Shown here piece by piece: positions 57,664 through 64,000 of a DNA stretch of 64,000 bases. The DNA comes from Podarcis melisellensis. Taxonomy: Eukaryota. Under the pieces are notes generated by a model. It saw only the letters and a program-made list of their open reading frames with translations. It searched no databases and was not told the origin of the DNA. The number at the start of each line of letters is the position of its first letter. The stretch's first letter is position 1. A program made the translations under genes and the position numbers. The stretch is taken from NCBI GenBank assembly GCA_964234715.1, contig OZ174275.1, one strand, 5' to 3'.

Positions 57664-60600
57664 TTGCATGGTCTGTTGAAACTATGGAATCCTCTTCATG
57701 CATATTCTGCATTCATAGTGGCTTGCATAGTGACCAGTATGTTTAGGTACATATTGCAATGTGAAGGCCTGGGACAGCAGAAATGGAAAACTTCTTTCAG
57801 TTTTCTGAAAGAAGAAAAAGCACAGAAACATTTGGGGAAACCTAGTTATTTCCATTCTGCCCCCCAGGCTTCCACGTCCTGAGGTACATATCAAACCCTA
57901 TGCCAATATACCCATAAAGAAGTCTCAGGGTAATAGGGGAGGGAGGTACATTTACAATCTGCATGTTGCAAGTATAAGGCATATTCTTCTGAGTTGTAGA
58001 CAACTGGTCTCTCTCTAGGTCCAGCATTTGAATTTTAAAAATAATAGATGGTTGTGCAAAATCGCTAGCAAGAAACCTCTTGCCCAGTTTTGGACCCCTT
58101 CTGTGACACAAACATCTTTGTCCAGTACCAATCTTAATGTGCTGCCCTGAGCTTTACTTCTTCCATTTAGTCCACATAACAAGGGAAATCACAATTAGAC
58201 ACCAGTATGTCACTCCTGCGAAATAGCTTTTGTTCCATGTTCTATGCATTCTGGGTGATATGATCCAAAATGAGAACAGCTTGATAAGAGTCCCCCCCCA
58301 AAAAAAAAACCCAGAATGATCATTCAGACAGTAGGCTTCCAGCAAGAAGATCCAATTATTTAAACTGCCTGAGGGTGAATGTGTCAATATTTATGCACCA
58401 AGAGCAACAAGGAAACGAGAGGTGGTTTTGAGTGTCATTTTTCTTGCTCTCCTGTTCTGTTTTTGCAAAACGAATTTGGGAAGCTCTTAAATGACAACTC
58501 TGCTGTCCATGGTACTGGAATTGTCACTAGTTCCCACAGGTCACTCCGGCTTCCACTGCTTTGAGTACTACTTTTAAATCATTATCTAAATCCATGGGGG
58601 GTGGAGGCAAGCCTTAGCCACTTGCCCTGAGAAGCAGTTCTGGCAGTGCTGCAATACCCTTTCTAGCAAGCAAACAGCACCAAGGTGAGCAGAAAGGGAA
58701 GGTGGGACAGAACAGATGGAAAGCAGAAAGTGGGCAGGAGAGTGGATCTGAAAAACGTTTTTGCAAGGCTGACGCAGGTAAGAGGTCAACTGCTACTGTA
58801 TCATTTATCAGTAACACTACATCACATCTATTTTGTGTCAGGAGCTGTACAGAGAAGAAAGAGTCCCTGCTCATGAGGAGAAGGCAAGGAGAGAATAGGG
58901 ACATGGGTGTTCAACCTAGGTGCCTCATTGGAAAAGGTCTGCATTTCCTGACTGCCCACACTGCACAGCTGCTTGCTCCATGGTTCCTTGGTCTAATCTG
59001 GCAAACCACCCTAAGGTATGATGGAGTTTCACACTGTGGATTTGACTTTGGACATACTTGCCAAAAAATGGGTTAGGCAACAACACTGGGTTAGAATTTT
59101 GTCTTTGACAGCAATATACTTAAAGAGTAATACAAATTTTAGAAAGGTGTTCATTTAAATTGTTGCACTATAACCAGGACGTGGCGCGTTTGACTTCATT
59201 TTAAGGCATCCTGGATTTTATGTGCATGTAAAACACATTTGTAAGTGTGGTTCCTCTAGAGCAGCCCCAGTTGAATGGGGAACCCTATGTGCAAATGGGT
59301 ACTTTGAGCATGGCTTCTCCTTTCCCAAGTTCAGAACATAAACAGCCACTTTCAGATAAATCAGTGATCAAACTGATCATTCGTTGGGAGAGGCAACAAG
59401 GACCTGAGTCTAGTCCCCATTGCTCTCTCTTCCCAAATAGTTATTGGGGCAATTGAGGTTCATCTCACAGGGCTGCATATGCACAGGCCCAGCAGCACAG
59501 ATGGATCAAAGTTATAAAATCTCCTTCAATGTCACAATTTTTTGTTCATAATGAATGCAATGCCAACCATGAATAGCAAAAATTTTAGCTCCAATTTTCA
59601 AGTTTTAATACAAGGAAAACTCAGGATATTTCCAAGAAAAAAATAGAAATTTGTTTCCACTAAGGGACTGTCAGATTTACACCATTAATTCTCATAGTTC
59701 TACTTTCCACCATACTTTATGGTTTTTTTGCAAACATGATTGTCAGACCTTTTAACGGATACTGCTGCATATGAAAAGTTTGGTGAAAAAACGAATAGGT
59801 TTCATATATCCAGGTTTATTAATTTGAACTACTTTTGCTTAAAATACATACAGTAATTGCTTTTTCATCTCAAAGAATCCTAAAATGAACTTCATCTGCT
59901 CTATCCTTAGTTTTGTTTTCTGCCTACATATTATTTTTCATGCCTATTGATTTCTCTAATCAGTTTTTTTCTGTTCTTTTTTATTCTTAAGAAAGGAGCT
60001 TATATTAAGAAAAATACCCCTTAAATATGCCTCATAAATCCCTTGTAGTTGTATATTTCACTTCAGGAACAGTTTGTTCTTTGAAGAAACATCTTGCATT
60101 TACAAAACAAGGAAAGAAATTCATTTATTAGAAGGTGGAAATATGTCTTCTGCAGATAGTAAGGAAGAGTTTTACATCCGTGCCATATTTCCTTACTTGA
60201 AATAATATCTACCTGATATCAGCAGTCTGCTTTATTAAGTGTTAAACATTTCAGCTTATTCATAAGTATTTCATCAGCACAGACAAATAAGCTATATGAA
60301 AACAAACAATCGTGGAATTAGTTATGCATTAATTTTGTTATGGGGTTTGATATTTGAAAGGCAACACTCCCCTTCTGTTCACATGTGCCGCATGAATACG
60401 CAGACAGAGTAAATAGGTCTGCTATATCTTGTGGCACTGAATTCCATAAGTTAATTGCATTTTGTGTGAATGGATATTCATGTCTGTCCTGCATCTGGAA
60501 GGAAAAAGCAAAAACACCCTCTACCCTACTGGGCATGAGTTGAGTAGTCAGTTGGTTAAATTGTACCATGTTCTGGGTATTTTAATGTTAGAAGCTACTG

Positions 60601-61544
60601 TGCAAAACATCAGTATGCCTTTCCTGCCCTGTGCTCTTCATGGGCATCACCCTGTTCATTCACGTGATATCACCAACCCTTTCCCCAAGGGGGAAAGCAG
60701 TGAAAAATCAATCATTAGGCTTTATTTTAACTAGAACAGAAGAATATTTGGCTTAGCAGATTCCGATTGCTGTGGCTAAACCACCTCAGGAGAAGAAGGA
60801 AATGAAATCTAACGTCACTTAGCGCTTGTGTTTTATAGTTAGAGACTCACAGACTCCACAGCTGAAGTTTTCTCTCCTGCCATTTTAAGTCATGGCAATG
60901 TATCAGACAAAGTTCAATGAGATAAGCAGCCAACGCGAGGCATCATGTTACAACTCCTCTTAAGAGCCGGTATCCTGTCCGTCAGAGATGCAGGCCTCTG
61001 CATTCTCCAGAACGCACTGCAGAAGCTCTTCCAAGTAAGACAGGGCTCCACAGCATGAGACACAATTGTTTGTAATTTGGCAGAACCCATTACCATGAGG
61101 GTGCAAGTGACCCACACATTTATCTTTAAGCAGTTTACCACAGGTCAGTGAGTTGCTCAGTCAAAGCTGACTCACCAGCATTTACACATGTAAACCTGGG
61201 AATCGGTATACTTGCCACTATTCGTTTCATTTGTAGAGTCCAAAGGCGACAAGTGTCCCAGCTAATACACAATATAAAACCATGTGAAGACCGAAATCCC
61301 ACATTAACAACTCTGAATTCAGGCACTGCAGTTGCTCTGTGTGGGTTAATCTTGTCTGCCTTACACGCTTCGCCTTTGTTGTCCTTTCCCAGTTCTGCCT
61401 TGCTACATTCCAACTAGCAGAGGAGGTCAACCAGGGTGGGGTGGAGTAGGGGGAGAGACCCTCCAACCAAGCATGGACAGCTGGCTTTCTTGGAATGATG
61501 TGGTGTGTCCTGGATTTGATTCACAGGTCCATACCTCAGTGGAA

Positions 61545-61685
61545 CACTGTGCATTCAAAAGGTCCCTGGTTCAATTCCTGGCATCTCCAGGTAAGGCTGA
61601 GAAAGAATCTCTGGAGAGTGACTCAGTTTAATGTGAGCTACACAGACAAATGGTCTGAGCCAGTACTGGGCAGCTTCCTATGACT
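61545..61685 (+). mobile_element. tRNA-derived SINE remnant
   Basis: AAGGTCCCTGGTTCAATTCCTGGCATCTCCAGGTA B-box region and GGCAGCTTCCTATG end. Confidence 0.6.
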
Positions 61686-62009
61686 AAGTAAGTGGGACAG
61701 CCATAAAGTTAACAGAAGTCTTCCAAACCCAAGATGCATATGCCTGAGCAGTGGTAAGCTGCTATGCAGAGGGGGTTCCCAGGTGTGCAGCAAAAGGAAC
61801 ATACTTGCCCCAATCCAAGGAAGGAGGAGGGACTAGCAACAAGAGGAAGGTCAAAGCAAAGGTGTCATTGAACTCAGAAGAGGGGCGAAATGAGGAAGGC
61901 ATGTAGATTTAGATGGTAGCCTGCCCTAGTCACACAATCGTGCTGTATGTAGTGGGGAGCAGGAAGCATAAGGTCAACCTAATCAAGGTGACTAGGACTA
62001 CCTCTCCTC

Positions 62010-62068
62010 AAGCAAACAGGAATTTAAGTGCATAAAGCAAAACAGGAATTTCAGTGCATAAAGCAAAA
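62010..62068. repeat. About 26-bp tandem duplication
   Basis: AAGCAAACAGGAATTTAAGTGCATA / AAGCAAAACAGGAATTTCAGTGCATA. Confidence 0.9.
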
Positions 62069-63065
62069 GGTGGTAAACTCAGTGAAAAGAGGATTTCCTC
62101 CTCAGCACCTGCTGCTCTCTTGTCACCTTCACCCCTTTATCTAGCTCAGTGATCTTATCACACTACACCATCCCCAACATTTTATCTTTTAGCAGAGGAA
62201 TGGGGGAATGGCAGTTAATTCAGAACCATCTGAGAAAGCAGATTTGGCGAGGGAGCAAGGAGGATCATACTATGTGAAATTATAATCAGTAACATTCAGT
62301 AGTTAATTCAGAATCAGGGGCCAAGGAGGATGACGCTATGCAGAATTATAATCAATAATTTATTAGTGTGGCATTAGGGTCCTGTTTGTGTCTCAGAAGA
62401 GCCACTCCTTTTCTGCCCTGTTCTCTGGCACCAAACACACCAAGTTAATAATTCCTCAGCTTCATTAAGCTCACTGGGGCTCTTATCAGAAAGAGCACAA
62501 AGTCCAAGGGCACAGACTCAGCCAATCAACATCACCTTTGTAGGGAAGCAGTGAATTACCCAGAATACTCCACCAACTGCACAGGCTCACAGGTGCCCTC
62601 ACGGGATGCACACCCAGGAAGAATTTCCAATGGCGTTCATACTTATTAAAAAGGGAGGGAAGGCTACCAAGAAGATAATGCTTGTGTGTTTGGAATTGTA
62701 ATCAATAACTAGTGGCGGCATAGATCCAGCACACAACAAGAGATACATTGGGCAGTTATACACAATGGAGTCTTAGCTTAAGGGGAATTATCTCAGCATT
62801 ATAATCCCTGCATTGCTATCCTAGATATATCATCTTCAGTTGGGGTTATGGAGATGCTTATCAGGGCATCTGCAGTGATAAGACTGCAACGACACAAGAA
62901 ACAACCTTGTCCATTATTACCAAGCGCCTCCTATAGTGTGCAACAGCAAGGGAGTGTTGAGCGTGTTTCTGGGGCACATTACAGCTTCCCAGTGCAATAT
63001 AGGTTCAGAAAAATAGACTCTTGCATTGCCTCCTCACATGAAGGTGACGGTTTTATTTTTCTATA

Positions 63066-63307
63066 CAGTGGTACCTCAGGTTAAGAACTTAATTCGTTCT
63101 GGAGGTCCGTTCTTAATCTGAAACTGTTCTTAAACTGAGATACCACTTTAGCTAATGGGGCCTCCCACTGCCACCGTGCCGCCGCCGCACGATTTCTGTT
63201 CTCATCCTGAAGCAAAGTTCTTAACCCAAGGTACTATTTCTGGGTTAGCAGAGTCTGTAACCTGAAGCGTATGTAACCTGAAGTGTATGTAACCTGAGGT
63301 ACCACTG
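63066..63307. mobile_element. Tigger-like MITE, family A copy
   Basis: Same TIRs, TA TSD and internal sequence as 18639-18880. Confidence 0.92.
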
Positions 63308-63448
63308 TACAGTGATGTTCACCCATGTGATGATCTATCTAAAAGCATGTTGGCAAGAACACTACATTCCGTTTAAAGCTCCTGAATACTCACTTCCCTT
63401 ATTGGTGCAAAAAGAGAACATCGTTAGGGGTTTTCCCAGCATCAGTTG

Positions 63449-63500
63449 AGGGGCTAGACCAGATGACCTTTGAGGTACCTTCCAACTCTATGATTCTATG
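63449..63500 (+). mobile_element. CR1/SINE 3' tail fragment
   Basis: GACCAGATGACCTTTGAGGTACCTTCCAACTCTATGATTCTATG. Confidence 0.7.
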
Positions 63501-64000
63501 TTCAGAGAAAAAGTGCAAGAGTAGGAGCTCATCTTTAAAGAACAATACAGGCTCAGAATATACCCAGTATGTATACTCCATATATATCCAGCCTCATATA
63601 CCCATAATTTTGCATATATGCATAATTTTGTAATGAACCAAATATCAACTTTTGAGTTACATTTCTGTTTCTAAAGCTGTTTACTTGCCACCATGGCAGC
63701 AAAGATAAGCTTGATGAACACATGCAGGAAATCCCTGGTGGAATCTCAAAGATCAGTAGGACTCCAAGCAGTAAAGCAGGTAGGTTTCATTGTATGGCTT
63801 GCAGAAGCATAATATATTACGCAAAATGAGCATGTATGCAAAACTGCTTAATTTGCACTATTCAAATAAGCTGCTGAAATCCAGCTTTCCTTAGCCTGTT
63901 AGTGAATCCAACACTGAGCTAGATGAACCAGCGTGTTATACATGGAGCTGCCTCTGAAGACTCTTCGTAAACTTCAGCTGCTCCAGAATTCAGCTGCCAT

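Overview
This is vertebrate genomic DNA, most likely from a lacertid lizard, inferred from a full-length Sauria SINE, tRNA-Lys/CR1-tailed SINEs, and BovB and Penelope remnants. It holds most of the MYRF (myelin regulatory factor) gene on the minus strand. Fifteen coding exons (numbered 2-16 by analogy with human MYRF as I recall it) lie between 34321 and 9. All have GT-AG boundaries and join into one open frame of 2285 nt. That frame encodes the Pro-rich N-terminus, the Ndt80/PhoG-type DNA-binding domain, the intramolecular-chaperone autocleavage (ICA, peptidase S74) domain and the coiled coil. Exon 1 was not found, so 34322-64000 appears to be intron 1, and the transmembrane/luminal exons lie below coordinate 1. 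The introns are full of MITEs, SINEs and LINE fragments, and there is one 133-N assembly gap. The best new leads are unannotated-looking splice elements: an in-frame 66-nt cassette exon at the end of the DNA-binding domain (6647-6712), two frame-shifting microexon candidates in the same intron, and a Kozak-ATG, phase-compatible alternative first exon in intron 4 that would skip the LPDSPPDS degron. There is also a perfect 55-bp Penelope-derived hairpin whose loop holds a decapitated hammerhead ribozyme. Most listed ORFs are chance intronic ORFs. Comparisons with human MYRF and repeat-family names come from memory and were not checked against databases.
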